Notes: generated by a model from the letters alone, not told the origin. A DNA stretch of 64,000 nucleotides from the human T2T-CHM13v2.0 reference genome, Homo sapiens (GCF_009914755.1 NC_060928.1); one strand, 5' to 3'; numbered from the stretch's first letter, positions 1 to 15,799 are shown. Made by a program: numbers and translations.

Positions 1-485
1 CCTAATTTCTTTGCTGAGAAGGGCAGGGAAGGGAAGGAGAGGGGAGAAGAGGAGAGGAGTGAGGAAGGGAAGGGAAAATAGCCACCACAACTGCCATGCA
101 CTGTGCCATAACAGTAGCTTTTCTCTGAAACACTTTGGATGTGGAAGGTATGCAAGGCATTATAACTAAAATAAAGATAGACTGAAATCATGGTGTCATA
201 AAACAGTCTGCAGGGAATCCTGAATTGACCAACTAACAATGAAGGCATAATTTTATTTTCAGTATCTCCTACTTTTTCTTTCTACGATGTGTCTGTACAG
301 TACTTGAACTTTCCAATGCACATTGTCTTAACTTTCCAGATTTCAAAGCTCTTTCAGGATTTCAGTCAATGAGTCTACACTCATCTGTTGAGCATCTGTT
401 GTATGTGAACACCGTGATTCTACACAGTGATGTGAGAATTCCTCACACTCAGTCCAGGGGTCACTCACATAAAGCTCTATATATG

Positions 486-663
486 CACTGTGGTTCTCCA
501 CCCTGGCTGTACACTGGAATCATTTGAGGGGATTTTCAAAAGCTCTTCTGGACTCTATTTGAAGAGATTCTAATTCACATGTTTGTGTTGGGTCAGGGTT
601 ATCACTGGCCTTTGAAAACTCCCCAGAGTATTCTAATGCGCTGCCAGGATTAAGAACCTCTGA
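486..663. mobile_element. MER5-type hAT-Charlie MITE (degraded)
   Basis: Starts cactgtggttctc and ends ttaagaacctctga, resembling MER5 termini; internal 'gattctaattc' and 'ctccccag..attctaatg' motifs. Confidence 0.6.
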
Positions 664-927
664 TCTAACCTAATTTTAAAACTTTCTTGTGTTATTGGAA
701 TGCGTTTTGAATTACCTATTTTGCCAGTCATTGCTTCTGTATGAGAGTTTTGGGTAAATAGGATAATCTCTTAAACCATAAATAGTTTCTGGGATGGTAT
801 GGATGAAGATGTGCATGAGCTTATAGACAGAATAGAGATTAGTTCCAAGCTCAACCTTGTTTCTTCATTTATAAAATAGGAATATAAATATCTCCCCCAT
901 GGGGCCACTGTAAGGATTCATTACAGT

Positions 928-1124
928 ATATTATTATAAATGTCCTATTTTGTTATTAGTTATGGTTGTTAATCTCTTACTGTGCCTAAATTATAAATTA
1001 AGTTTTATCATAGGTATGTATGTATAGAAAAAAATAGTATATATAGGGTTTGGCACTACCTGTTGTTTCAGGCATCAACTGGGGTTCTTGGAACAGATCT
1101 CCTTCAGATAAGGGGAGTCTAGTG
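928..1124 (+). mobile_element. MER44 (Tigger-family) 3' half
   Basis: gttaatctcttactgtgcctaa...ttatcataggtatgtatgtatag...caggcatc..ctggg..cttggaac...gataagggg matches the MER44 3' end. Confidence 0.7.
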
Positions 1125-1129
1125 TACCC

Positions 1130-1571
1130 CAAAATTAGTGGTTATCAGCAAAATTGATTGTTTCTCATGGCACTGTGCATTGAATGAGCAGTTCTCATGC
1201 TTCACATGCTGCCAGTTGAGCCACTGGAATGGCTAGAAGCGGAATGCCTTCACATGGTTAGCAAGTCGGTGCCAGCGCTGATACTGGCTGTTGCCTAGGA
1301 GTTCAGCTAAGACTGTTAACCAGAGTCTCGATTCTCCTCCACATGGCTAGGTTGGGCTTCTTCCTAGCATGGTGGTCTCAGAGTAGTCAAAGTTTTCATA
1401 TGACAGATGGTTTCCAAGAAAACAATAGAGGAAACTACCATGCCTTAATAAATCTTAGGCCTGGAACTCAAACTGGCAGTTTCATGTTCATGTCTGCTGC
1501 ATTCTATTGACTGAAGTAAATAAATCGTAGGCCTAGACCCAGATTTTAAAAAGTAAAAAGTGTGTGTGTGC

Positions 1572-1607
<36 letters not shown>

Positions 1608-1650
1608 TCTATGCTTCATTGGAAGCCACCAAAGAAATAATCTACCACTA
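1130..1650 (-). mobile_element. Old MaLR LTR (MLT1-like)
   Basis: ctcctccacatggc..gggcttcttcctagcatggtggtctcagagtagtc; tctgctgcattctattg are typical MLT1 motifs. Confidence 0.55.
1560..1604. repeat. (TG)n microsatellite
   Basis: Direct observation, one interruption. Confidence 0.95.
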
Positions 1651-3054
1651 AAACAAAAAGCCTCACACACTCATGTTGTCAAATGCCAATTTATATAATT
1701 GCAGGAATACTATAGGTATTTATATCATAAGTAAATTATTTTCTTTACTCTCAATAGATTATTAGCCACAGACTTAATCTGCTTGAAATAAACAGTAATT
1801 CCAAAACAAAATGTAGCAATACATAAGGATTTTATGATAATTAGCCAATTACACAGCATCCTGAAATGTTTCTTTTAGGGTAAAATTTAATAGATTGAGT
1901 AGAATATGAAACGAAAATGTTCTCAAGATGTTATTTATGACTATACAAAATTGCTAATGATTTATAATTCACTTAGAATTCACTTAGAATTGTACTTTAC
2001 CTGAGCTATTGCATATGAAGAATTTAGTAAAATATGTAATATATAGTAACTGCTCAGTAAACTTTGATACTTTTATTGTCTCCTTCCATTAATAAACCAC
2101 AAAATTAACCTGAGTAAGAAAAATAGAAAAAAACTGTATGAAGAGAAATATGTTCATTCATATATACCTGCTCTACTTAACTGTGTTACTATATACTACT
2201 GCCCTACATACTGCTTAACGGATGAACCTCTAACAAGTAATTTGTTCTCACCAAGTTCCTCAATTTAAAAATTGTTTAAAGGTTTCAAATGAGTGAAAGA
2301 TTTTTTCTAAAGACACACATTGCTATTGCTAATACATTCTAAAATCTTGGGAACTAATGGGTTTTAGCTGTATCTTACTATAGTCTATGTAAAATATGCT
2401 TATTGTTTATTTAACATGTCATTCTAATGCCAACATAGGCCAAGGCTTCTGTGGTCCAGAGTCCAGACCAGCAAATCCAAGGTAGCAGTCATAGATCCAG
2501 AAATATCTGCTCACAAAATACCCTGTACAATCTGAATTTTGTCAAAAATATTCTCCAATTTGGCCTGCACCTACCAAAATGTGGTACTCAATTCACACCT
2601 GAAGTTCAGGCCTGCTGCGTTTTGCATACTTTTACTCCATTTTCCCACTCACTGCCTTACTAAATCATGAAAAATCAACCCCTGCATTTTACCACTTCCG
2701 TGTGCCAGGTCTGTCTCCCAGGCATGAGTAACAATGTACTTAATTTTCTAGAACATGCTCATAAAACAGATGTGGGACTTCAGCGAAAGTGACTGCTAAC
2801 ATGTCCATCACTAAAATCTGAGTTGCTGCCCTGCCTGGACCCCTCAGGTTTAGCACAATGTGTGGCCAAAACAGACTTTTCAAAACAGGAGTAAATACTT
2901 GCCTAATGGAATTTTTTTTAGCTAACCCAACTATTGTCTCATCTTTTCACCCCCTCACTGGTTTTTAAGAATAGAATAAATTTAGGGAATGACGATGTTT
3001 TTGAGTTGTGACTAATTCTGACTGATTGAAAACTGGAGAAGGAGAACCCAGAGA

Positions 3055-3210
3055 GTGTGAATACAGTGCGGTGGTGAAGTGCTCATGCACAGCATCAGGC
3101 CTGGGTGTGAACCCTGGCTCTAGCTGCTTAGCTGTGTCACTTTGAGCATAGTCCTTTGATTTCTTTAAACATCTGCTCGAATCCTGATACATCATGATGA
3201 AAATAAGGAT
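3055..3210 (+). mobile_element. MIR SINE
   Basis: cctgggtgtgaaccctggctctagctgcttagctgtgtcactttgagca resembles the MIR core. Confidence 0.6.
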
Positions 3211-3739
3211 GGTGTCCACTGATAACTGCCAAACCCCATGTTAGCCTTGGCCTCCTTCCTATGCAATCATCAAAGCAACAGCAAGAAAAGAAAAATGAAA
3301 AAAAATGAAAAACTATAAATGAGAAAAAATTAAAAGGTAGTTAGTTGCAGGTAGGCGATAGAAGCAAAGAAATAAAAGTGAATTGATAAAGTTATAAATA
3401 CCCATTGTGTTCTCTTTATGTGTAGAACCTTAGTTAGTCCTTCTCACACATTATACTTTTCTCAAGATTGCTGTATGGTAGGAATAATTCACTCTTATTA
3501 ACTGGCCCAGGAATTGGGCAGCAAGAGGGTGAGTAATTTGTTAGAAGTCACACAGCTAGTATGTAGCTCCTATGCCTATTCCACCCAAGGTCCAATTCTG
3601 GTCCTTTCATTAACAAAAAACCTCAGGACTCTCCATAGTAATGGTTGAATATGCTCTATTCCTGAATGCTTCTTGTTTCCAACCTCTGAATTCCATTTTG
3701 ATTCCAAGATAGTAACATTAATTTCAGCATTTTTTTTTA

Positions 3740-4330
3740 TAAACAATACATTCTTGTTGAAATAAAATCAAACCACATATATATATATAAATTAAAATTG
3801 TGAAGGTTTTTTCCACCTTCAATATCATGCCTAAGACAGTGTCATTGTTAACAATTTGTTGTATGTTCTCTAGACTTCTTTTCTTGCATTTTCAATCACA
3901 TACACCCCCCTCACCATATAAACAGTTAGGGATTTTGTTTTCTTTTTATTTTATAAAAATAAAATCATACTAAGAGTGTCTGCTACTTGCTTTTAAACTT
4001 AGTATATCTCTTATATGTTCTCTTGTAAATATGTACAGACTTTCCTATTTCTTAATAACTGCATAGTATTCCATCCAATGTATATGTTCTAATTTAATTA
4101 TAGTATCATCAATTGATAAGCATTTAGATTGAATACAGTTTTTCACCATTATGTACAATGTTGCAGTATCCAATTTTGTATTTAGACCTACCTTTCCATG
4201 CTAATGCTAGTATTTCAGTAGGACATAGTCCCAAAAAGTAGACTTACTGAAAGGAACCTTCTAGACTTTTATAGATACTACCAAGCTTCCTCTAAAATGA
4301 ATGTACCAATTAATAAGTTACTTACTGTAT
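3740..4330 (-). mobile_element. Ancient L1 (L1ME-like) 3' fragment
   Basis: aataactgcatagtattccat; taagcatttagattg; tgctacttgctttt are antisense L1M 3'UTR motifs. Confidence 0.55.
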
Positions 4331-4704
4331 ATAAAGAACAATTGTTCCACAAGTAAATTTTTAATTCAGCTTTTAAGAAATTAGAAAAAAAAATTCAAAT
4401 AATAGAAATGTGTATATTGTCCAAAATTAATTAAGTGACTTTTCTATAATTTCCTACAAGTTTGCCTACGGAAGATTTTTTTCCCCAAGTAATTGATTAT
4501 TGTGCTCAGGTCAAACAATTATAAGACATTTTCAGGCTGGGGGCAAGTGTAATGAAAGGGAGTCATAAATATTTATAACTGATTTGTAAGAGTAGGAATA
4601 AGAAAAATAGCAAATATAAGATTATTTATTATGTGGTATAATCACAAAAAAAGACAATCTATGATGGCAGCTAATAACTAAGGTTCTGAAGTCATATCAG
4701 CTCA

Positions 4705-5250
4705 ATCACTCATTCAACAAATATTTATTGAGCATCTACTGAGCATCAGGCTCTGTTCTAGGTGTTGGGATACATGGGGGAGCAAGACAAATGAGGACTC
4801 CTGCTTTCATGTTTACATTAGAGTCATCAAGATAAAAATAAATTAACCAACAGAACCACTTGAAAATGTGATAACCAAATATAGTATTGTAAGAGATTAC
4901 TGGGGAGGAGAGGTGGGGTTCCTTTAGACCTGCTGGCCAGGCAAGGCTTCTCAGAAGATGTGGCATGTAAGATGAAACCTAAATGAGGAGAACGAGCCAG
5001 CTAGGGGCAGATCTGCAGCAAAGAAAGAGCAAAGGTCCTAATGTGGAAACAAGCTCAGTCTGTTCAGGGAATGGAAAGAAGACCACTTGAGCTAGACTGT
5101 GCCACATGATGTTGCAGGAGAGGACTGGCTGGGGCACTAGGATGGGGCGTTTAGGCCTTTGGGAAACACTGGCTTTCCAGTCTAAGTGATGAAATTGTTT
5201 TAAGCATGAGAGTGGAATATCGGCTTTAACTTTAAAAGATTATTGTAGCC
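4705..5250 (-). mobile_element. L2 LINE 3' fragment
   Basis: cattcaacaaatatttattgagcatctac...aggctctgttctagg is the reverse complement of the L2 3' end. Confidence 0.75.
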
Positions 5251-5259
5251 AATATACTG

Positions 5260-5450
5260 CTTGCAACTTGTTAACTGTGTGTGCTTGGACAAGCCGCTTT
5301 ATCATTGTCAGTTTTGATTTCTTCATTTGTAAAGTCGAGGTAATAACAGTATCTATTACAGGAAGTTCATATGAGGATTAAGTGAAGCAATGCATGGAAA
5401 GTATTTTGCACACTGCCTGGTGCATAATAATTGTTCAATAAATGTTTTCA
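5260..5450 (+). mobile_element. MIR SINE
   Basis: ttcttcatttgtaaa...gaggattaagtga...tgcctgg...ttcaataaatgtt. Confidence 0.65.
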
Positions 5451-6909
5451 ACTAAATCTCTGTTACAGTATTAGCATAATATTTAACAGAACTGAGCTTA
5501 ATTCACTATCCCCAATTATGCAAAATAATAACTAAAAATACTTTTTAATTAGTCTTGATTCCAAATTCTCTACTGTTGAAAGGCTGGGTATTTCCATACT
5601 GAATCAACACTTGGCATTTTTCTCTTACCTAACCCTATAATACATCCCTGGGCTATTTATGTGCATGTGTATACCTCTACTCACACACACACTAGATTAC
5701 TTATCTTTGTGTTACCCCAGGTTCCACAGTACTCAATGCATTGAATATAAGATAAGCAAGTCTTTAGGTAGGTGGGTGGGTAGGTGGAGGAATGGACTAA
5801 CAGACATATGGAGGGTAAAAATCATGAGAGCAAGAGAAAAGAAGGCAGTGTTTCAAATTAAAGTATTTAAAAGAATAAGGTTTTTAAGTTACGAGTATAT
5901 AAAATGCATAACATCATTTTTTGGCATGTTTATTACTTTATTCATGCATTTACATAGTACCGGATGCCATGCTGAAAGCATAACAGAAGACACAGCCCTA
6001 CGGTAAGTATTTACTACCTTCTAATCTTGCCTCATCTCTACTAAGAATCTTCAGCAACACTCTGAGAAACATGAAAGAGCTACTTATTTACCAAGATTGT
6101 GAAGAATTATGAGTGCTAGAAACAAAATTGTGAAACCTGCAGTGCTTAACCTTTGGTTTTCTTTGCTTAACCTTTGCTTTCCTCACACACTCTGATCTAT
6201 TTGTGATTGTAATATATAACATCAAGATTTTAATAGTTTATATGCAGAATTCCAATTTCTAGGCTTTGAAACAAAGATTCACAATAGTTGTGGAATCATT
6301 TGTTTACTGATCTGCATATAATATGCAAATTGTTTCTTCACACTTAAAAGTGTGTAATGGAGGAAAAGTGACCCTATATCCAAATATAGAGGACCACAGA
6401 AACTTGAGAAGTTACTGATTTAATTAAATAAAATTAGTAAAATAGCAATATAGAACAAGAAAATAATGTCCTTTATTGGAGGTTGTCCTATGCTATACAA
6501 AGGAACTTTATATACATTATCTTATTTTGATCTTCACAAAAACTCAAATATGGAAGATTTTATGTCCTGCACCTTATGGACATAAAACTGATACACTGTT
6601 ATACAATTTGCCCCAAGTTTCCAAATCAGTCAGTGACAAAACTGGAACTCTAGCCTAGGCATTCTCAGTGTTATTTTCTGCCACCCCAAACTAATTAAAA
6701 ATGCCACAAATAGTGAAATTTATTAAAACTTAAAGTGTTTATATTTAGGAAGAGACAGAGGAACCAACTATGTATAAAACAAGTTGCAAGTAGTGTTATT
6801 AAAATTCCTTTTGGAATATTATAAATCCTTTTAAGAAGGGCAATATTTTCTTTATGTAAGCATGATTCTTCTCTGATCATTAAAATACTGTATACTGCCT
6901 AGCTCCAGA

Positions 6910-7190
6910 TGATAATAATAGTGATAAAGCCTTTATCTCTTGAAAACTTATATACCAGACTCTGTTCTAAATACTTCACATTCATCAACTTTCATTCATG
7001 TAACAATTTTATGGGGTAGGTATTACTATCATCATCATCATCATTGCCGTCATTATATAGATGAAAAAAGAAGAAGCATAAAGAGGTTAAGCAACTTATC
7101 CTTGACCATTTGGCTAGTAAATTGGAAAGCCAGGATTTACACGCAGGTAGATTTGGTCTAGTGACTCTTAGCTGCAACATTATGCTGCCT
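6910..7190 (-). mobile_element. MIR SINE
   Basis: ggtaggtattactatc...tatagatgaa...agaggttaagcaactt reads as antisense MIR. Confidence 0.6.
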
Positions 7191-7211
7191 CTTTAAAGAA
7201 AGGCCTCTTCT

Positions 7212-7542
<331 letters not shown>

Positions 7543-8016
7543 CTATCTCAGTGTCTCCCCTATTAGATTCAACCAATGATGAAAGAAGAATCACTAACGT
7601 GGGTTAAAGATTTAAACCCCTTCCATGCGTATCTAAGCAATACCAATCTGGTCACCCAGTGACCTACACTTCATCTTCAAAGTGCTGAGGAACCATATGC
7701 AAAGTGTCTAGCAAAGAACCTGGCACAATGTTTGCAGCTATCAATGACTGAGAGTTTCTACAAGCCTGGCATGATGCTAAGTGTTTTTCTATATATAGGA
7801 ATGCCATAAATGTTAAAATGGTTCTTTTTTTTCTGGATTGGCTAGATACAAGGCTGTTTCTTTGGAAATTAAGCTGGGCAATGGAGAAAATTTATTTTCA
7901 TAAAGGCGAGAACTGTTAAATCACTGAGCATAGAAAGCTGCCATACACGGGTTGTGGACTACCATGGCTCTGGCTCCTGATGAGATTCATTCTCATCCAC
8001 ACAAGAAAGTAAGGAG

Positions 8017-8304
8017 GGCCATTATCCTCAGCAAACTAACACAGGAACAGAAAACCCAACACTGCATGTTCTTGTAAGTGGAAGCTGAACAATGAGAACA
8101 CATGAACACAGGGAGGGGAACAACGCACACTGGGGCCTGTGAGGGGTGCAGGGGAGAAAGAGCATCAGGATAGATAGCTAATGCATGTGATGGGTTGATA
8201 GATGCAGCAAACTACCACGGCACACGTTTACCTATGTAACAAACCTGCATGCCCTGCACATGTATCCCAGAACTTAAAATTAAAATTAAATTAAATTTAA
8301 AAAG
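8017..8304 (+). mobile_element. 5'-truncated L1PA (old, ~L1PA13-like) 3' end
   Basis: L1 3'UTR (cagcaaactaacacaggaacagaaaac...acctatgtaacaaacctgca); TSD aagaaag(t/a)aaggag at 8003-8016 and 8305-8318. Confidence 0.85.
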
Positions 8305-8778
8305 AAGAAAGAAAGGAGAAGTATCAATGGGAAGACAAGATCCTAGGCTGCACTCAGCATCTGCAGGGAGATTTTCCTCTCTAGGAAAAGGAAAACTAAA
8401 AGCACAAAGATTAAAATCTTATACGGATAATTTTCTAAATCAATTAAGTGAATTATAAATAAGTTCTCTCCCCCAGTTCCTTTAGATATTATGATTTCTT
8501 GACCTTTTCAAGGGAAAACTTAATTTACAAAAAACTGTTTTTACAGTTAACTTTTCAGAAATTCACATATCATGCAAAACAAAGTACACCAGCTTCCCTT
8601 GCTGAAACTACAGTTCAGAAAAATTTTATTTCAAAATAACAGGAAACCACTCATTCATTCATTCAACAAGAATTTATTGACCAAAAACTGGCTTACATAC
8701 TCTGTTAAATAAAGTAGACATAAAAATGAAGAATAAAAGCTCCCTCCCACTATGGATCCCATTCTTTAAAACATGTCA

Positions 8779-9100
<322 letters not shown>

Positions 9101-9700
9101 CTATTTCTAACTTGTCATTGACACTGTTTGAATGACACAGAAATGGTCATATGAAATACTGTGACATTGGTCTGAAAAAGACACCTTTTAAAAAACACTA
9201 AGGAGATTAAATAGATAGGTAGATAGATATAGAGATATATTGGTATACATATTGATATATACTAAGTTCCCTTATAAAGGTGAATATATTCAGCATTAAT
9301 GGACCTCAGAGAAAGACCAGAAATCCAGGATGTCTACTGAATCTAGGAAATTATCCAAAAGGATCCATATCTTTCTCCCCCTCAATGTTCTTCAAATTCC
9401 TGGTTGATTAATATATTATATCTAAACAAGAAAAATGTAGAACTACTTACAGTAACAGAGAGGCCGGGGAAGGTAGGAAGTGGTGAATATACAACTAAGA
9501 CAGGGATCTAGATTTCACTGCACATTCCACAGCCACTATAAATGATATTGATTTTCAGATTAACTGCTCTTTTATATTACTCATACCTCCTTTCCCTTCT
9601 ATTAGAGAACTGAATTGTCTGTGCATCTGCTTGATTCCACTGAGAGGCCTGAATCACCACTTGGAAATATCAATCATGCCTTTAAAATTCATCTCTACTA

Positions 9701-9826
<126 letters not shown>

Positions 9827-11783
9827 TTAAAACATTTTTAAAAAGAAATATTGATACGATACAGATGTATAGTTAGGGAGGTTCATTTAAAATTGGTCTC
9901 ACTGAATGGTCCAGGCTTCTTTTAAATGACATTCCCTAAGTAAATAGACGAACTCTGCTTAACATTGTTGCATAAGTCATTTTGGATTTAGTCAACGCTT
10001 CCCAGCACTCACATACTCCTCCATGACCCATAAGGACTTGCATTTAGAGAGAGACTAACTGGAAAGATAAATTCTAAGCTGATGTAAAATTCTTTCGTAG
10101 AAAATTCCTCTTCCCTTGGTTTTCTACAACATTTCCTTTAAAGGTGGCCAGGCCCTTCAAAGTGATTATGGTTATCAACACTTATGGGTGGAGAGTACCC
10201 AGTTTGACTTAATGACCATAACTATGATATGAGTCTATAAAAAAGTCATCCTGAAGTAAGACTACTTAAAGAGTCATGGAAAATGTGAAAGAAACAATAA
10301 ATCACTTTCTGCTTAGGCATTTTTTATTTTCTAAGTCTCAAACATGCTATTTTCCATTGGCAACAAGTGCCCCAGTCAGCTATATCTTTCAAGTTTTAGG
10401 CATGTCTCTCACAGAACGGTTCTTGCTTCTCGGACACTCTCTGCAACTACTACTAAGATTCAAAACTGAAGATATGAAACTAGAATCTATAAACTGAAAA
10501 TCAGAATCCTCTCAAAGGCTTATACATATTTTAAAAGTCAGTCTCTTCATTAGTCACCCCTTATTCGCTTCCTACAATGTATTGTTAGTAATTGAGCAAC
10601 TAGGCTTGAGCCAGACAACTGTGTATTATAGAATTCCAACTTAAAAACCAGATCAATGAGTTAAGATAAGAGCTTGCTTCTTTAAAATGTTGTAGTGATG
10701 TGATTCATTGCTTTTGATCAAAATCTACATGACACCCTTTTCACATTGAAGGATTAAATTAGAAAATTTATAAACAACTGTCTGTTCTGCCTTTGACATT
10801 TAGGGACATAGGATCTTGTTTGTTTTTCTTTCCTAGACAGTTTTACCTCAGACCCTGTCCAGAAATGAGTGTTAAACTTGGCTTCTTAAGCAAGGGACTG
10901 ATGATTGAACATGGACAGGCATACATTTTTATAGGGATAACTTTACTGCTGCCAATAACTGAAAGCAAGGATTGCCTAGGCCTCTACAGATTGTTTGAAG
11001 TTACTTGCAACATGACTTTCAAAATGTTTTGATCATCCAAGCCTGTTTTACAGAAAACATTTGGGCTAACAAGACTGAAAGAAGCAATATTTAATGATAC
11101 AGTTCCTATTCATGTCCTTTCCATTATCTTGATAAACTTGTGTTTGCTCATTGCATTTTTTCTTTAAAAAAAAAAGAAGGAAAAAAAAAGCCTCAAAAGC
11201 CTAGTGTCCTGAGGTTATTTTTAAATAGGAGATGCCACTAATTCCTAGTTACCTCTAAATAAGAGAGTAAGCTGGATTTCATACCAGTAATGCTTTTTAT
11301 AGGAGAGGAAACCAGTCTTTCCTGGTGATGCTTATTGCATATATAGAACAGTTAAATTTTAAACCAACCACACACCCACACATTGTGTAAACACAAGTCG
11401 TTGCTTTAAACACACACACAAGTGCCTTTTCTGGTAGCGGGTTATTAACACATGTTCATTTGAAGTTTTCCAACACTTTTTGTTTGTTTTAATGAGGGCC
11501 TCTATAATGCTAAGAAATGTGTGGAAAGAAAAATATATTATGGATACTATTCGCATAAAATTTATTTTTTAATGTGATAAATTATGAGAAAGCATAACTG
11601 AAATTCAAAACAGATGAAAATTCGGAAAGAAAAAGACATTTGGAATAGTATTTGAAGATGCTTCCCCAGAGTCTGAGCCAAGTTTCTGGGATCCAGATGA
11701 AATAAGCCCTCAAGGACTGAAGGGCTGTCCTAATAACAGCATGTGTGCAATACGACCTTGAGGCACTTAAAAGTAACATTTCA

Positions 11784-12110
<327 letters not shown>

Positions 12111-12126
12111 TTAAAGAAGTCAGTCC

Positions 12127-12161
12127 CAGAGCAAGACTCCGTCAAAAAAAAAAAGAAGAAG
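12127..12161 (+). mobile_element. Extremely 5'-truncated Alu (17 nt plus A tail) with TSD
   Basis: cagagcaagactccgtc+A11 flanked by aagaagtcagtcc (12114-12126) and aagaagtcagccc (12162-12174). Confidence 0.8.
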
Positions 12162-12702
12162 AAGAAGTCAGCCCGTTTTCTGGGGTGGGTAAATACCTGC
12201 CTAATTGTTTAGAGTGGAACCCAGCTCTTCAGAGTAAACACAAAAGCCTTTCTTCGCAGGAAATGCAAACCACGTTGGGCATGTTAACCCTAGGCTTTTC
12301 CTGGCTCCAATGAAAGCGCTATGATTAGGATAAAACCAGGCAAACTTTAGCCTGCGTACGAGCAGGGTCGAGGAGGTGGGTAAGGACTCTGTGGCCGATG
12401 GAGCGTGGCCCGCAAGAGGCCACACTCCCATTTCCCAAGAGGCCAAAAGACTGGCAAACAGTGAATACCCCAACTCCCCAAAGAGCCAAGTAGCCCGGGG
12501 CTCCAATCACTACCCCCGACCCCGCTGATCTCCGCCCACACAGATCCGAACGCGCTTGCCCTTTGAAAGAAGACAGCAACAGGGCACCCCTCCGCGGGTT
12601 TCCAACACCACTCCCCGGGGTGCGCACACGCATCTCAGCCTCAGCCCCAGCTGATCCAGTGCCGCCCTCACCAGGAGACCCTGGACCTCCCTCGCACACT
12701 CA

Positions 12703-13420
<718 letters not shown>

Positions 13421-14344
13421 GCCGTCCCCTTTAGGGGAGGAGGCTAGCTGGCCCTGGGACTCCCGGCTGGAGAGAAGCCACGCCGAGGGCAGGAGCCCGC
13501 TCGGGCCGGGTCTGGGCTGCGTGTGTCAGTGTGCGCCTGGGGACGAGGGCGGGGCCCCAGCTGAAGCCTCCGAGCCACACATGCACACTTGTGGGTTCCT
13601 GCCGAGTTGAAGATGACTAACGCTTGCCAGATTTGGGAAAGGGAAGAAGGAGTTTAGAAAAACAAAAGTTATCTAGAAACTAAACATACCCGTATGTCCT
13701 GCAGGCCTGGCCTATTTTAGCAGCTGTGCTAAAACAGCCCCCATGCGTGGTTCACAAACCCAAGACTAAGGATTCCATGGGAGGTGACGGCCTCCTCACT
13801 CCTCACTCCACCCCACCCCTACTACCACAAACACTCTTTATGAACTTCCTCTTTTTCTTCTAAAGAAACCTGCTTAGTTTTTTTTTTTTTTTCTTTAAAA
13901 AAAGCCAAGCCAAGGAAAGGCCGGAGTGGGGAGTGGGAGGGGATAGCAGGCCTCTTTGGGAGTGGAAAGTTGTACCTCAAAATATTTCAGCCCACTGTCA
14001 TTTCCCTGCAAGCTCCAGTTTTGGAGAATTTCAGCTTTGGGCAAGCTAGGTCTCCTTTGCAAAACTTGTGCAAGCACTCAAGTTTGTGCACAAATCCTCT
14101 GTCTACTAGTTCTGCTCTCCCTCCTCTCTCTTCCCCCCACCTCCGTGACTTCCGCCCTCCCTTAGTCAAAACTGGCTTTTAGAACCTAAATACCTTTTCA
14201 TTTTTAACAAAATCAATGCTTTATGTAGTACTTACATATACATCTCTTCTGTTTGTTGCCATATGTATTTAACTTTTCATTTATTATATTTGATATACAA
14301 CCAGATATGTCAGCTCTTTGAAGATAAAAATTAGTTACTTTAAC

Positions 14345-14958
14345 AAAGATTCATTGAGTGCCTATTATTTGCTAGGCACTGTTCCAGAAGTGGAGGTTAG
14401 TGCACAGAACAAGATAACAAGCCCTTGCTTTCATGAAGCTGACAGTCTGGCTGAAGAGTGAAAACAGACAATAAGAAATAAATACATAAGCAAGGAAAAA
14501 AAATGTCCATATTGGAAAGGTGGCCTGTAGAAATTTAAAATATTGTGATGATAAAGAATGACAGACTCAGTGACTAACAAAAAAGACCCAGTCATTCCAA
14601 GAGCTCTAAGGGGAAACATTTGGAGTTACTGCAAAGGTCCATAGACATTAGCTTAGCATATTCAAAAAAGAAAAAAAAAAAACTGTGTAGCTGGAGCTTT
14701 GCAGGTAAGATGATGTAAGACAAATAGGCAAGGGCCAGATTATGTGATGCTTTGTTTACTGAGATAAGGAATTCAGATATTTAATATTGAGTGTGACAGG
14801 AGGTTATTAGAGGGGTTTAAGCCCAGGAGTGGAGTGGCAGATGAATTGATATGATCTGTGTTTTTCAAAGATCATTCTGGCTGCAATGAGACAATGAATT
14901 TGGAGTTAGCAACAGTGACAACAGGGAGAGCAGTTAGGAGACTATTGCAGTAGCAACA
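14345..14958 (-). mobile_element. L2 fragment, interrupted by an LTR and resuming briefly near 15800-15830
   Basis: attcattgagtgcctattatttgctaggcactgtt...aagatcattctggctgc...gttaggagactattgcag. Confidence 0.75.
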
Positions 14959-15799
14959 TGTTGACAAACAATCCTGAGGTTCATAAATTTGGAAAGGAGA
15001 ACTTCATTTCTTATAAAGGGTTACAGCTGCAGGCTGGACATCTTGACAGGCTGGGAAGTGTAGCCTCTGGCAGAGACAAAAAGCAGGCACTTTGAGGGAG
15101 GAAAGGGTGGAACAGGAATTTATGCTAAATGAGTTGGCCAAGTATACATATTCAACAGGTTATAGGAGGAACTATGAATATTTCTGAAGCAAGGGGTACA
15201 TGAACTATGCATATTTCTGAAGCAGGTGGGTTAAGTTTCCACATCAAAGTGAACATGGGACATATGCAACATGCATGTTTAGTAAGCAAACATGAATAGT
15301 AAGCAAACATGCAAGTTGCATATGTCTCATGTTCACTTTGAGGTGGAGACTTAACAATTAAATGTATTATAATTAGGCCCTATATGTCAAAAGGTGAAAC
15401 AGAAGACATGAAGGCACTCAGTGCCACAGCCTCTGTAAACCAGCCAGAACCAGTCTATGGTCAGTGGTCTCTTATCAGGAGAGTTATTAAAATCAGTCTC
15501 TTGTCCAGTCAGAGCTGTAGTTATGGCTTGTGGAACAGGGGTAGGGGTGGAGGATTAATTAGTTAGTGTCTTGCAGTCAGTAAGATGCAATTGTTTCAAT
15601 ATTGCTTATCTGGAGGCCAGTGTTTGTTTAGATGCTAGAGAAAAAGAAAACCCTTTTGGCAGTTAGAATATAGTTTATTTTTTAAGTGTAGGAGTGTGTG
15701 ACTTGACCTTTGCCTGGCATGGTCTTAGGTCTTGTTTATAATTTGGTGTCTTATGAACACAGAGTACATTCTGTCAGTCTTATCATCTCTATTTTAACA
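14959..15799 (-). mobile_element. Solo ERV1 LTR (MER67-like)
   Basis: TG...CA termini; minus strand reads gacctaagaccatgccaggcaaaggtcaagtcacacactcctacacttaaa; splits an L2; subfamily call tentative. Confidence 0.65.
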
